64,000 nt of DNA from Phycisphaerales bacterium (GCA_020346325.1 CP070782.1:1946361-2010360), one strand, 5' to 3'. Positions 1-9,858 are shown, numbered from the stretch's first letter. The notes: generated by a model not told the origin, from the letters alone. Numbers and translations are program-made.

Positions 1-468
1 CAGGCCTGCCATAAGGACAATCGCCACGGCCCAGCCGATCCCGGCCCCGAAGCCAAAGCCCACCGTCTGCGTAAACGAATACTCACGAATCACCATGAAC
101 AGAGAGGCCCCGAGAATGGCGCAGTTGACCGTAATCAGGGGCAGAAATATACCGAGAGCAAAGTATAGTTTCAGACTGAACCGCTCGACGAACATCTCGA
201 CGAACTGCACAAACGCGGCGATGACCGCGATGAAGACGATGAAGGTCAAGTGTTCCAGGCCCAGAGGGGCCAGCACATGGTGGTAGATGGCGTAGTTGAT
301 CATCGTCGTCATGGTCATGACGAATGTCACGGCCGTGCCCAGACCCAAGGAGGTCCCGATCTGCCCCGAGCAGGCAATGAAGGAGCACATGCCCAGGAAG
401 TTGGTCAACAGAATGTTGTTGGTAAAGATCGCCGCGATCAGGATCACGAGGGCGGAGTTGCCGTTCAT
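1..468 (-). CDS. nqrE: NqrE/RnfA-family membrane subunit (3' end runs off window)
   Basis: Not in the ORF track. Manual translation from ATG at 468 gives MNGNSALVILIAAIFTNNILLTNFLGMCSFIA...IFLPLITVNCAILG, matching NqrE/RnfA motifs (FLGMC, LPLITVNC). ATGA overlap with the upstream gene. Confidence 0.9.
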   Translation of the reverse strand, partial: MNGNSALVILIAAIFTNNILLTNFLGMCSFIACSGQIGTSLGLGTAVTFVMTMTTMINYAIYHHVLAPLGLEHLTFIVFIAVIAAFVQFVEMFVERFSLKLYFALGIFLPLITVNCAILGASLFMVIREYSFTQTVGFGFGAGIGWAVAIVLMAGL

Positions 469-1133
469 TTGTTCTCCTCCTCATCTTGCGGCCCGCGCAG
501 GGCATTGAAGACAGCGATGACCACGCCGAGCGTGAAGAAGGCACCGGGCGCGAGAATCATGAGCTGATTCGGCGTGTACCACTGTTCCAGCAAGACCGTG
601 TGCCCGAAGATCTTGCCGGTGCCCAGCAGTTCCCTGGCCAGACCGATGATCGCCAGACCACCGGCATAGCCCAAACCATTGGCCAGCCCGTCAACGATGG
701 ATAGCACCGGCGGATTCTGGAGAGCAAAGGCCTCGGCTCGTCCCATGACGATGCAGTTGGTAATGATCAGGCCCACATAAGGACCAAGTTGCTTGGACAT
801 GTCCCAATAGAAGGCCTTGAGGAACTGGTCGAAGAGAATCACGAACGTGGCAATGATCGCCACCTCGGCAATCATACGAATCCGGTGCGGCGTGTACTGC
901 CGCAGCAGTGAGACGAAGAGGTTCGACCCTACGCACACGAAGATCAGGGCCGCCCCCATCACAAGCGAGCTTTCCAGACGGCTGGTGACCGCCAGTGCTG
1001 AACAGATGCCCAACATCTGAATGGCCAGGGGATTGACGGTCCAGACGCCGTCCTTGAGCGTCACCAGGCCCTTGCCCCCGCAAAGCCCTTTCGTGGCACA
1101 AGCCGAACAGGCCGCAGGATTACTGTCCTTCAT
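465..1133 (-). CDS. nqrD: NqrD/RnfE-family membrane subunit
   Basis: NP..IQMLGICSALAVT and VGLIITNCIVMGRAEAFA motifs. Start placed at ATG 1133, overlapping the nqrC stop. Confidence 0.9.
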   Translation of the reverse strand: MKDSNPAACSACATKGLCGGKGLVTLKDGVWTVNPLAIQMLGICSALAVTSRLESSLVMGAALIFVCVGSNLFVSLLRQYTPHRIRMIAEVAIIATFVILFDQFLKAFYWDMSKQLGPYVGLIITNCIVMGRAEAFALQNPPVLSIVDGLANGLGYAGGLAIIGLARELLGTGKIFGHTVLLEQWYTPNQLMILAPGAFFTLGVVIAVFNALRGPQDEEENK

Positions 1134-1737
1134 GGCGTTCCTCCACGAATCTGCTGATGACCCCATCCAGGATTGCCTCGAGTTTGTCGCACGTCATGGT
1201 CGCCCCGGTGATGGCATCGACGGCGTTCGCTCCCTGGCCACCGCCAATCGAGATACCGGGCTGGCCGGTCCGATCGACGATCGTTTTGCCGACGAATTGT
1301 TCCCGGAACCAGGGCGCCCCGATCTCACCGCCCAGACCGGGTGTCTCTTCCTGGTGCGAGAAGGTCAGACCACGAATCGTCTTCATGTCCGCCTCCAGCG
1401 CGAGAAAGCCTTCGATCGGTCCCCACAATCCGGGCCCGGCAAACTTCAGCGCGACCGCCTGGGGTTCCTCCTCGCCTTCGGGAGACGCGTAGATGTAAAT
1501 CGTGCTGTCGCCCTGCCGGGCTTCGCGCACATTCGCATCGAAAATCTCCAGCAGACGGGCCGCAGAATCATCCGGCGCGTGGGGAATGCCCAATGCCGTC
1601 AAGATGCTCAGCACCTCCTCGACCCGGGCGTTGTTCGCTTTGTAGGGAGCCGTGAAACTCGCGACGCCGGTCAACAGCAACGCACAGAGGGTGCCGAGAA
1701 TGCCCGCATAGCCGATCGTGTACAGACTATCCTTCAC
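1120..1737 (-). CDS. nqrC: NqrC/RnfG FMN-binding subunit
   Basis: N-terminal TM helix, GLWGPI, HQEETPGLGGEI, covalent-FMN motif DAITGATMT. Confidence 0.9.
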   Translation of the reverse strand: MKDSLYTIGYAGILGTLCALLLTGVASFTAPYKANNARVEEVLSILTALGIPHAPDDSAARLLEIFDANVREARQGDSTIYIYASPEGEEEPQAVALKFAGPGLWGPIEGFLALEADMKTIRGLTFSHQEETPGLGGEIGAPWFREQFVGKTIVDRTGQPGISIGGGQGANAVDAITGATMTCDKLEAILDGVISRFVEERHEGQ

Positions 1738-2815
1738 TTCTGAGCCTCCTCAGACGCACGGCGAAGACGGCCTCATCCAAGATCGGCGCCACGATGTTGC
1801 CCAGGAGAATGGCAAACGTCACGCCTTCGACGTAGCCCGTGAAATTGCGGATCAGCACGGTGGTCGCGCCGATCACGGCGCCATAGAGCCACTTGCCCGT
1901 ATTCGTGACGGGTCCCGTCACCGGGTCGGTCGTCATGAAGAACGCGCCGAACAGCAACCCTCCGGCGCAGAGATGCCAGAGTACTGGTCCGAATCGATCG
2001 GGCTGGGCGTGACGCAGGATCGCGGCCAAGACGGCGAACGATGCCAGTGTACTGACCACAGTACGCCAACTGCCCACGCGGGTCATAAGCAGAAAGATCC
2101 CGCCCGCGAGAATCGCGATCGCGGACGTTTCACCGATGCTGCCGGCAACATTGCCTACGAACATGTGGGCCGTCGAAACGAACTCCCCCTGCTTGGCCAG
2201 CGCCAGAGGCGTAGCTGTCGTGACCGCGTCAAGGTTGGAGCCGTCGACGTACTTCAGAACTCTGCCCCCCAGTTCCGTTGCCGGGGCCAGCCAACTGCCC
2301 GACATCTGAGCCGGATAGGCCAACGCCAGGAAGCACCGCCCGACCAGGGCCGGATTGAACAGGTTGCGCCCGGTGCCACCAAAGATCTCCTTGCCGATGA
2401 ACACGCCGAACGCCACCCCCAGCGCCACCATCCACAAAGGCACCGCCGGCGGCATGATCAGTGGAAACAGAATGCCCGTGACGAAGAATCCTTCGTTGAT
2501 GCCCTCTTTCCGCGCGATGGCGAAAATCAATTCCACGGTCAGACCGGCCGCGTAGGAAACCACGATGATGGCAATGAACCGTAAGCCGTAGAAGTAGAGG
2601 CCCGCCAGAATGCACGGCACCAGCGAGATAATGGCCATGGACATGAAACGTTTCAGATCGAGCGGATCGCGAACGTGTGGGGCCGTGATGGTGGTCTGCG
2701 ATGGCGAGAACAGAAAATGCTCGATGGCCTCGAAAGCCGGATGGAGCAGATGAAGTCTGCCGCCGTCCTCGAAGGTCGGACGCACCTTATCCAGAAGACG
2801 CAGGAGCACTTTCAC
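1727..2815 (-). CDS. nqrB: NqrB/RnfD membrane subunit
   Basis: NqrB-type N-terminus (FEDGGRL...PHVRDPLDLKRFM), NEGFFVTG, KEIFGGTGRN, FMN site DAVTTATPL, GSIGETS, FMTTDPVT. Confidence 0.92.
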   Translation of the reverse strand: MKVLLRLLDKVRPTFEDGGRLHLLHPAFEAIEHFLFSPSQTTITAPHVRDPLDLKRFMSMAIISLVPCILAGLYFYGLRFIAIIVVSYAAGLTVELIFAIARKEGINEGFFVTGILFPLIMPPAVPLWMVALGVAFGVFIGKEIFGGTGRNLFNPALVGRCFLALAYPAQMSGSWLAPATELGGRVLKYVDGSNLDAVTTATPLALAKQGEFVSTAHMFVGNVAGSIGETSAIAILAGGIFLLMTRVGSWRTVVSTLASFAVLAAILRHAQPDRFGPVLWHLCAGGLLFGAFFMTTDPVTGPVTNTGKWLYGAVIGATTVLIRNFTGYVEGVTFAILLGNIVAPILDEAVFAVRLRRLRSEG

Positions 2816-4269
2816 GCGCTTGTCTCCTCAACTGCTTCCTCGCGAGCCTTGGCCTCGCGGGCCTCTCGCTTATCCTGTTCAATGAGCTCGCGGGCCTCGG
2901 TAAACTGCGCCCGCAGATCGATCTTCGACGGGCATACGTACGAGCACAAGCCGCATTCCACGCAGAGATCCACACGAGCCTGGGCCGCCTCCTCAATCAG
3001 ATCGCGATAGAGATACTTGTGGATCAGATGGGGCGAAATGCCGGCCGGGCAGACTTCCTCGCAAAAGTTGCACGACACACAGGGGCGCAGTTCCCCGCGC
3101 ATCGCCGTGGTCAATCGCTCGCGGATCCGATGGGTCAGGGAACTCAAAAAGCAGGCGGAAAAACTGCCGCGATCAGAGCCCGGCCGGGCAAAGCCGAGAA
3201 ACTCGCGTTCCTTGAGTTCTGGAAGCACGGTGATCCCCCGGCATTCCGTACCGATGCCGAGCGCCTCATCTCCAAACACTTTTCCGGTGAGGATACCGCC
3301 GTCAATGATGCGCGGGTTGGGCTCGAAGACATACTTGTCCGTGATGGCCTTCAGTGGATAACCGGGCGCAACTTCGATATGGCTGGGCGAGACCACGCCC
3401 GTCCCACCGATCGCAATGGTCCGCGTCAAGCACGGCCTGTCGAGTGTTAGCGCCTGATCGATAGCCAAAACGCCTTCGGTGCGCACGGCCCAAACGGGGC
3501 CATTGCCCGACGAAAGCTCCAGGCCCCGCGCGAGAATCGCGAAATCATCGTACGGATAGACCAACGGGATTTCCAGCAGCTTGACCCAGGCATAGCCGCG
3601 GATGTGGTTGCGTACGAGATCGGCAAACTCCGAGCGGATATCGGGAATCGCAAAATAGATCGGCTGGTATTCCAGAAGCGACTGCAAATGCTCCAGTCCG
3701 CGCGTGAAATTGAGCAGGCGCCTGTGTAACAAGACGTCGCCGCGCACCAGGAACGGTTCGAGACTGACGGTCGATACGATCACCGCCTGGGGCGTACCGG
3801 TCGGATCGGGCAGCGCCTGGGTGTGGGCATCATACAGGAATTGCCAAGCGCCCAATCGCACCAAGGCCTCGCGCTTGGCTGCCGCGGTGCCCGCCTTCTG
3901 CTCCGCATGCAAAATCTCTCGTCCATCCAGTTCGGCGTGCTCGGGCAATCCTTCGATCGATTCGAGCACAATGTGGTTCTCTGCCTGCTCCAGCCGCACG
4001 CGCCCGGCTCGGGGAGCCAGCAAAGGTATATCGAAATTGTCAGGATCCGTCGCCAGCACGTCGCCCGCTTGGACCTGCTGGCCCTCCTCGACACTGAGGC
4101 TGCTGAAGTGAAAACGTTCGCTTCGGAGGGGCAAATAGAGCTTCTCAGGCTCGGGCATGGTCTGCACGGCGCCATCCGGCTTACCCTGAAAGAGAACGTT
4201 GTAGCCGCCCTTGAATCTCATCCCACGGCCCCTGTCGATCATCGCTCGGCCGGCAGGACCCTCAGTCAT
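2812..4269 (-). CDS. nqrA: NqrA/RnfC-like subunit with C-terminal 2x[4Fe-4S] ferredoxin domain
   Basis: NqrA-like N-terminus (FKGGYNV..GKP; barrel-sandwich VEEGQQVQAGDVL..APRAGRV) and RIIDGGILTG. C-terminal CVSCNFCEEVCP and CVECGLCSYVCPSKI. First gene of an A-B-C-D-E series. Confidence 0.8.
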   Translation of the reverse strand: MTEGPAGRAMIDRGRGMRFKGGYNVLFQGKPDGAVQTMPEPEKLYLPLRSERFHFSSLSVEEGQQVQAGDVLATDPDNFDIPLLAPRAGRVRLEQAENHIVLESIEGLPEHAELDGREILHAEQKAGTAAAKREALVRLGAWQFLYDAHTQALPDPTGTPQAVIVSTVSLEPFLVRGDVLLHRRLLNFTRGLEHLQSLLEYQPIYFAIPDIRSEFADLVRNHIRGYAWVKLLEIPLVYPYDDFAILARGLELSSGNGPVWAVRTEGVLAIDQALTLDRPCLTRTIAIGGTGVVSPSHIEVAPGYPLKAITDKYVFEPNPRIIDGGILTGKVFGDEALGIGTECRGITVLPELKEREFLGFARPGSDRGSFSACFLSSLTHRIRERLTTAMRGELRPCVSCNFCEEVCPAGISPHLIHKYLYRDLIEEAAQARVDLCVECGLCSYVCPSKIDLRAQFTEARELIEQDKREAREAKAREEAVEETSA

Positions 4270-4390
4270 ACGAACGACTCAGCGTCCTTTGGGCCACCCC
4301 ATAACATGCGACCATTCTGGACCAATATCGTACAACGTTCAACCACGTTTTTTGGTCTCTGCGCCGCCAACCTGCCATTGGGGCCATCGC

Positions 4391-4406
4391 TTCTCACTTT
4401 TGAGAG
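4391..4406. promoter_or_regulatory. TTCYCA-N4-TGRGAA palindromic site upstream of the nqr operon
   Basis: TTCTCA-CTTT-TGAGAG (1 mismatch). A second degenerate copy TTCCTA-TCTG-TGAGAA lies at 4532-4547. Confidence 0.55.
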
Positions 4407-4503
4407 ACGCACTGGCATTTCCGTCGCATTGGAGGTCTTTCGCACGGTGGTAAAGGAGAGGCGTGTTCCCCATCGGTTTCGGCAGTCAGAACATCTTACC
4501 TGG

Positions 4504-4529
4504 CGCGGGACTGTCCGTTTCGTCCCGCG
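4504..4529 (-). terminator. GC hairpin after ccmD (terminator or REP-like)
   Basis: CGCGGGAC-N10-GTCCCGCG perfect 8-bp stem in the intergenic region; U-tract is weak. Confidence 0.35.
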
Positions 4530-4582
4530 AATTCCTATCTGTGAGAAAACACAGAATCCGTCTCACCGCCAGGCAAAACACG

Positions 4583-4723
4583 CTATCCGACGCCGGGGCC
4601 GGGAGGCGCGTCGGCGCGCGCCTTCATTCTGCGTCCCATCTGTCTGACCTGTCGGTCGATCGCCAGCAGATAGGCCAGATGGCATATCCACACGAGAGAA
4701 AACGCCAGACACAGATAGAACAT
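4583..4723 (-). CDS. ccmD: Heme exporter protein CcmD (46 aa)
   Basis: Not in the ORF track. AGGAGA RBS, then MFYLCLAFSLVWICHLAYLLAIDRQVRQMGRRMKARADAPPGPGVG: one TM helix plus a basic tail, directly after ccmC. Confidence 0.8.
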   Translation of the reverse strand: MFYLCLAFSLVWICHLAYLLAIDRQVRQMGRRMKARADAPPGPGVG

Positions 4724-4734
4724 AGGGCTCTCCT

Positions 4735-5370
4735 TCAGTTGTGGAGTTGATTCTCAAGCTCGAAACGCCGGCGCAGCAGATCGGCGCGCAACCAGATTAA
4801 CACGCCGGCCAGGGCAATCGTTCCGGCTATGCCCAGCACCAGCGCCAATGTCTGCCAGGACGATTCGAAGCTGAAATCGGGGCGATGGATGTCGGGGATG
4901 AACCGTGCGCTGATGTATACCATGGGGACGTCCAGGAAAGCGATGATCCCAAAGACCGCACAGATGCGGGCGCGGCGCCGCCGGGAACCGGGCAAGCTCG
5001 TGCGCAGGATCAGGTAGACCACGTACAGGAACCAGAGCAGTGCTGAACTTATCAGCCGCGGGCTGGGGGTCCACCAGACGTTCCATTCGGCGCGGGAGAA
5101 AATCATGCCTGTGGCGTTAAGGATCGAGGCCAGCACGGTGCCGACCTCTGCCGAGGCGGCCGCAATCCAATCATAGATCTGTCGCTCTGTGACCAGATAC
5201 CCCACACTGGCGAGCAACAGTGCTGCAAAGCCCAGCAGCGCACCGATCGAATTGGGAACATGGACATAAAGGATGTTGCGCTGAATGGGAACGATCTGGC
5301 CTTTGGTCAATCCCAGCCATGTCGATAGGATCAACATCACGATGGAGAGTGCCATGAACCAGCGCCGCAT
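4735..5370 (-). CDS. ccmC: Heme exporter CcmC
   Basis: RNILYVHVP, Trp-rich WNVWWTPSPRL motif, C-terminal IH; follows ccmAB. Confidence 0.92.
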   Translation of the reverse strand: MRRWFMALSIVMLILSTWLGLTKGQIVPIQRNILYVHVPNSIGALLGFAALLLASVGYLVTERQIYDWIAAASAEVGTVLASILNATGMIFSRAEWNVWWTPSPRLISSALLWFLYVVYLILRTSLPGSRRRRARICAVFGIIAFLDVPMVYISARFIPDIHRPDFSFESSWQTLALVLGIAGTIALAGVLIWLRADLLRRRFELENQLHN

Positions 5371-5374
5371 ACGC

Positions 5375-6094
5375 TTACTCCTCTACGACAACCCCGAACA
5401 ACAGCCAACAGGCTACGACAAACACTGCGTCGAATGCCAGCAGGTAACCCTGAGCCACCCTGAAACTGCCGACGAACGCCATTGCCCCGGAACCGGCCAC
5501 TTCCTCAGGCATGGCCCCGAACAGGACCAACAGGGCGAAGGAGGCTGGTATCAGCATAGGCATGAGCACCACCAGAACCACAATGCTCAGCAGCGCGCCC
5601 CGCGTGCGAGTCAGTTGCACAACGGCTGAGAAGAGCGTCCCAACGCTGGAGATGCCGAGGTTGCCCAGGGCCAATACAATCACCAGATCCAGCCACCGCG
5701 CGGTCACGCGCAGTGAGAAGGATAGCAGCACGGCCGGCACGATAACCATTTCGAAGATGCTCAAGATCACCACGTTCGCCAGCAGTTTCGCCAGATAGAC
5801 GGTGCCCGCATCCAAAGGAGCCGACCAGAGCCCGTCGATACAACCGTTTTGCTGCTCAACGCCGAAGGACCGTTCCTGGGCCAATAGTCCGGAGAAAAGA
5901 AAGGCAATCCACAGGGCGGCCGCGGCCATCATCGGCATCTCGACCCGGCCCGAGGAGGGCTCCGACACCAAACGCAAGATGAAGACGATGAGCATACCCA
6001 AGACAATCATCGTCGGCAGAACCTGCCTGGCTCGCAGTTCGATGACGAGGTCCTTGACCACAATGGCTTTGAAACCGGACCAGGCGGATTTCAA
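5375..6094 (-). CDS. ccmB: Heme exporter CcmB
   Basis: KDLVIELR start, RSFGVEQQNGCID.L, YLAK, multiple TM helices; lies between ccmA and ccmC. Confidence 0.92.
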   Translation of the reverse strand: MKSAWSGFKAIVVKDLVIELRARQVLPTMIVLGMLIVFILRLVSEPSSGRVEMPMMAAAALWIAFLFSGLLAQERSFGVEQQNGCIDGLWSAPLDAGTVYLAKLLANVVILSIFEMVIVPAVLLSFSLRVTARWLDLVIVLALGNLGISSVGTLFSAVVQLTRTRGALLSIVVLVVLMPMLIPASFALLVLFGAMPEEVAGSGAMAFVGSFRVAQGYLLAFDAVFVVACWLLFGVVVEE

Positions 6095-6828
6095 TTCTGG
6101 CTCCTCGCGTAGGACAGGTAGTCTTCGGCAAAACGCTCCGGATCGATTTCGTCTTTCGTCTTATCCAGCAGGGCCGCACCCTGATCCAAAACCACCACGC
6201 GCTCACAGCAGCGCAGCCCCAGGCGCGTATCGTGTGTCGTCATGAGAATCGTGCCGCCCCGGCGAGCGAACGTGTCGAAGATACCGATCAGATGCTCGGA
6301 GGCCTGAACATCGAGACCGGTGAACGGCTCGTCGGCGAGCAGTACGGTAGGCTCGTGTAACAGGGCCCGCGCAATGGCCAATCGCTGCAACAATCCTCGG
6401 GAGAGGATCCCGGCGCGGTCGTATCGGAAAGGCCCCAGCCCCGTCTCGGTCAGCAATTGCTCAATGCGCGCGGCGCGGTCGGACACGCGGTACAACTCGC
6501 CCGCGAAACGCAGGTTCTCCAGGACGGTCAGTTCCGAATAGACCATGCTCGCGTGCGAAATCACGCCCAGACACCGCTTGGCCGTATCCGGGTGCTCTCG
6601 CACATCGTTGCCTTCGATCCACACCGAGCCGGCGTCGGGCCGGAGCAATCCCGCGGCGATTCGCAGCAGCGTGCTCTTGCCGGCCCCGTTGATGCCATAC
6701 AGACATGCCGCCTGGCCTCGGCGCAGCGCAACGCTGACATCTCGCAGCACAGGTCGCGCGGTGAACGCCTTGCTCACGGAACGAACGGTCAGAGCCATGT
6801 CTGTCGAACGGGCAGCCTCTGTGATCAT
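6091..6828 (-). CDS. ccmA: Heme ABC exporter ATPase CcmA
   Basis: Walker A GINGAGKST, LSRGLLQR signature, DEPFTGLD; ccm context. Confidence 0.92.
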   Translation of the reverse strand: MITEAARSTDMALTVRSVSKAFTARPVLRDVSVALRRGQAACLYGINGAGKSTLLRIAAGLLRPDAGSVWIEGNDVREHPDTAKRCLGVISHASMVYSELTVLENLRFAGELYRVSDRAARIEQLLTETGLGPFRYDRAGILSRGLLQRLAIARALLHEPTVLLADEPFTGLDVQASEHLIGIFDTFARRGGTILMTTHDTRLGLRCCERVVVLDQGAALLDKTKDEIDPERFAEDYLSYARSQN

Positions 6829-6851
6829 GTTCGCATACTCATAAGACCCAT

Positions 6852-7847
6852 CTAGTCAACCGGTACAGGTGGCGACGACCCCGGTCGTAAACGCCAAAGC
6901 GCTATGGCCAGCACGATGGCAAATGCCACCGCCAGGGCAATCCAGGTGTCCGCATCTGAAGTCTTCACATTGAATCCGGAAATCCGAAACGCGATTTCAT
7001 CGCCCGGTTGCAGATTGTGGCGCCGGTAGTATTCGACCGGAACGCCCTGGGCGTTGGCCAGCCGCTCATCGGGCTCGCCCAATCCGGTCAACTCTCCCTG
7101 CCCTTCCTCCCAGAAGACGACCAGTTCCGACGTCGGCAACGAAATCGCTTTGGCAAAATCCAGTGCCTGATGGTCGATGTCAATTCGATAGGAGAACTTG
7201 ACCTGGTGTTCGCCCGGAGGCACAGCCAACGTGTCGTAGAATCCCGTCTCCGTCGTGACCAGCACGCTGGCTTGAAGAAAACTCAATGGTCTCAGGTCTG
7301 TGGCGCCGTTCGGGAGCATGATCTCGACCACCATGGGGCGATCCTGGGCGTCGCGCTGCGAGCCCCTGACGGCCATATCCGAATCGTTCTGCAGTTGCAT
7401 ATACTCGATGACTTCGAGCATCGCGTTCTCGACAGCGATCATGACATGATGCGTGCCGACGGAGAGGGCCGAGGTGTCGGCTGAGACATCGAATACCTGG
7501 ACGACCGTCGAGTAGTTGTCGGTCTCAGGAACCAGAGAGGTCGGGCTGCCCTGGAAGGTCATGTTCTGGTGCTTGACACGTGCGACCGCGACCAGGTGCT
7601 GACCCGTGGGAACGTCTTCGAAGACCGCTTCACCACTCTCACCAACCTTTGCCTCCAGCGTATTCTGCAACTGTTGTTGATGAAATATCCGGAGGATGGC
7701 CAAATCGCCCACCACCGTGGCGCCGTCGGCCGTGCCGTTGGCAGCCTCGACCACCAGCGTGGCCGACGCCTCTTGCGACCACGCAGCGCCGGCCATCAGC
7801 GACGTGCACAGAAGCACGGCCCCCGCGATGAAGCAAATCTGTCTCAC
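6852..7847 (-). CDS. Membrane-anchored periplasmic protein in the ccm operon (beta-sandwich, C-terminal TM)
   Basis: GTG 7847 overlaps the stop of the small upstream ORF. Signal peptide MRQICFIAGAVLLCTSLMAGAAWS, C-terminal TM WIALAVAFAIVLAIALW, no CxxCH. Confidence 0.75.
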   Translation of the reverse strand: MRQICFIAGAVLLCTSLMAGAAWSQEASATLVVEAANGTADGATVVGDLAILRIFHQQQLQNTLEAKVGESGEAVFEDVPTGQHLVAVARVKHQNMTFQGSPTSLVPETDNYSTVVQVFDVSADTSALSVGTHHVMIAVENAMLEVIEYMQLQNDSDMAVRGSQRDAQDRPMVVEIMLPNGATDLRPLSFLQASVLVTTETGFYDTLAVPPGEHQVKFSYRIDIDHQALDFAKAISLPTSELVVFWEEGQGELTGLGEPDERLANAQGVPVEYYRRHNLQPGDEIAFRISGFNVKTSDADTWIALAVAFAIVLAIALWRLRPGSSPPVPVD

Positions 7848-7951
7848 GACGTTTCGCCTTTCCGCCGCGCCCGGTCCGGGCGCTTCGCCAACAGTGGCCA
7901 AGCGGCGTAGGCCACGCACACAAACAACAGAAGCCATTTCAGATAGCTCAT
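7844..7951 (-). CDS. 35-aa single-TM protein, possibly a CcmI N-terminal-like fragment
   Basis: Not in the ORF track. MSYLKWLLLFVCVAYAAWPLLAKRPDRARRKGETS. ATG overlaps the ccmF stop (ATGA) and its TGA overlaps the next GTG (GTGA). Confidence 0.65.
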   Translation of the reverse strand: MSYLKWLLLFVCVAYAAWPLLAKRPDRARRKGETS

Positions 7952-9858
7952 CGTTCCTCGCACACCGGCCCCGATGGAACGGGACGTCCATTCGTCACGA
8001 CTGCGCCGATGACTAGAGCTGTGCCCAGGACCGACAGGAGCATACCGATCCAGATCCAGTTTATCAGCGGTTTTGTATAAATAGTCAAGGTAATCAGACG
8101 GGTGGCATTGTCCACTTCCGTCAACGCCAGGTAAAGATCTCCGAGCAAGGTGCGTCGGATATCGACTTCACTCGTGCGCTGGCCCGACTGGGAGTAGAAG
8201 GCCAGCGAAGGCGCCAGCTCGTCGACTTTCCTTTGGTTCCGATAGACTGCGACATTAGCCGTCACGGCGGTGAAGTTCGGACCGTGATCAACGCCCAGAT
8301 CGTCGTAGGCAAGCTCGAACTTCCCGATCTCCGTGCGCTGCCCCGGCCTAAGCGCGACCTGCTCCTCAAGATCGTATCCCCCCGAGCCGGCCATGCCGAC
8401 GAATACCAACATCACACCCAGATGGACAACCCGGGTCCCGTACCAGCGCGTGCCTCGCCGGCGCTGACGCGCCACATCGACCGAGAGGTTCAGGCCGACG
8501 AACAGGCAAGAGACGAGACAGACAAGGGCTAGATTGCGCGTGAGCAACCAGAGCGCCAGGTCGACAAGTGCTACCAGGACCGCTCCCAGCGTGCGCCAAC
8601 TCGTATCAAGACCGTGCCGCCAGAGGTGTGGGCAGACCCCCAGCAGAAGCAGCAAAGCCAGCCCGCCGGGCGCGGTGATCTTGGTGAAGTAGCCGCTCTG
8701 GAGACTGATCTGATTGTCCGTGAAGAGGCCGCTGAGAAACGGGAACAGCGTGCCGGTGAGGATCACGAAAGCCAACAGGACCATGAGCCAGTTGTTCAGG
8801 ACAATGAAGCGCAGGCCGGAACCGACACTGTCGCGGGTAGTTCGCGCGCGTCTGTACCAGCGAAAGAAAAGGAGTCCCGCCAGGACCCAGATATGAGCCA
8901 GCAGCACAAGAAACAGCATACCCAGCCCGGGCTCGGGAAAGGCGTGCACGCTCGTGACCAGGCCGTAGCGTGTCAGAAATGTTCCGAAGATGCACAGACT
9001 GAAGGTCACCAGCGAGAGGACCATGAACCAGGTCGCAATCTCGGTACGAGCCCGGTAGGTTCGACCGCAGTGCAGCAGCGCCGTAGCCGTCAACCAGGGG
9101 ATCAGTGATGAGTTCTCGACCGGGTCCCAAGCCCAATACCCTCCCCAACCTAGTTCCTCATAAGCCCACCATGCCCCCAGGCCAATCCCGATGGTCAGGA
9201 ACATCCAGGCCAGCAGCGACCAGTTGCGGGCTAGCTCGAAGAGGGCAGGTGCACCGTCCGGCTCATTCGATCGCAAAGTCGCAAACGTCCAGGCGAAGGG
9301 AATCGCAAAGGCGGCGTAGCCAACGAACAGAGTCGGCGGATGCAAGGCCATTGCCGGGTGTTGCAGGAGTGGATTGAGACCTGCGCCGTCGGGCGGAGTC
9401 GTGACAGAAACGCCGAAAGGGTCTTTGTCGAATATCAAGACGCAGAAGAAGAACACTGCGACCAGATTCGCGATGGTCCGCGCGTGGGCACAGAAACGAC
9501 CTGTCTCCTGGTCCGCGGCAGAGAACGCGAGAACGACAAAACCGCTTTGGAGCCAGAGCCAGAGCAGCAACGAACCGGCGGCGCCGGCCCACAGAGCCGT
9601 CAGTTTGTAGACAAAGGGTAGTGCTCGCCCGGTGTGCTCGGCCACGTAGACGACGCCGAATTCACCTCGAACCAGCAAGGTCCACAAGACACCCATCGCC
9701 ACCGTCAGGCAGGCCAGGCAGGCGATCGTCGCATTCCGCCCACTGCGCCAAAGCTCCTCCCGACGACGCCAGGTGCCGAGGAGATCCGCCAGGATGGCGT
9801 AGCTGCTGAGACAGAACCCAAGCAGCAAGGCAAAGCGTCCCAACTCAGCCATGCTCAC
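7948..9858 (-). CDS. ccmF: Cytochrome c heme lyase CcmF
   Basis: GLNPLLQHPAMALHPP, WAYEELGWGGYWAWDPVEN, SVHAF, KPLINWIWIG. Confidence 0.96.
   Translation of the reverse strand: MSMAELGRFALLLGFCLSSYAILADLLGTWRRREELWRSGRNATIACLACLTVAMGVLWTLLVRGEFGVVYVAEHTGRALPFVYKLTALWAGAAGSLLLWLWLQSGFVVLAFSAADQETGRFCAHARTIANLVAVFFFCVLIFDKDPFGVSVTTPPDGAGLNPLLQHPAMALHPPTLFVGYAAFAIPFAWTFATLRSNEPDGAPALFELARNWSLLAWMFLTIGIGLGAWWAYEELGWGGYWAWDPVENSSLIPWLTATALLHCGRTYRARTEIATWFMVLSLVTFSLCIFGTFLTRYGLVTSVHAFPEPGLGMLFLVLLAHIWVLAGLLFFRWYRRARTTRDSVGSGLRFIVLNNWLMVLLAFVILTGTLFPFLSGLFTDNQISLQSGYFTKITAPGGLALLLLLGVCPHLWRHGLDTSWRTLGAVLVALVDLALWLLTRNLALVCLVSCLFVGLNLSVDVARQRRRGTRWYGTRVVHLGVMLVFVGMAGSGGYDLEEQVALRPGQRTEIGKFELAYDDLGVDHGPNFTAVTANVAVYRNQRKVDELAPSLAFYSQSGQRTSEVDIRRTLLGDLYLALTEVDNATRLITLTIYTKPLINWIWIGMLLSVLGTALVIGAVVTNGRPVPSGPVCEER

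Noticed and set aside
4563-4757. 64-aa ORF from the track after ccmC
   Set aside because: Wrong frame; the overlapping 4583-4723 frame has the RBS and CcmD features.
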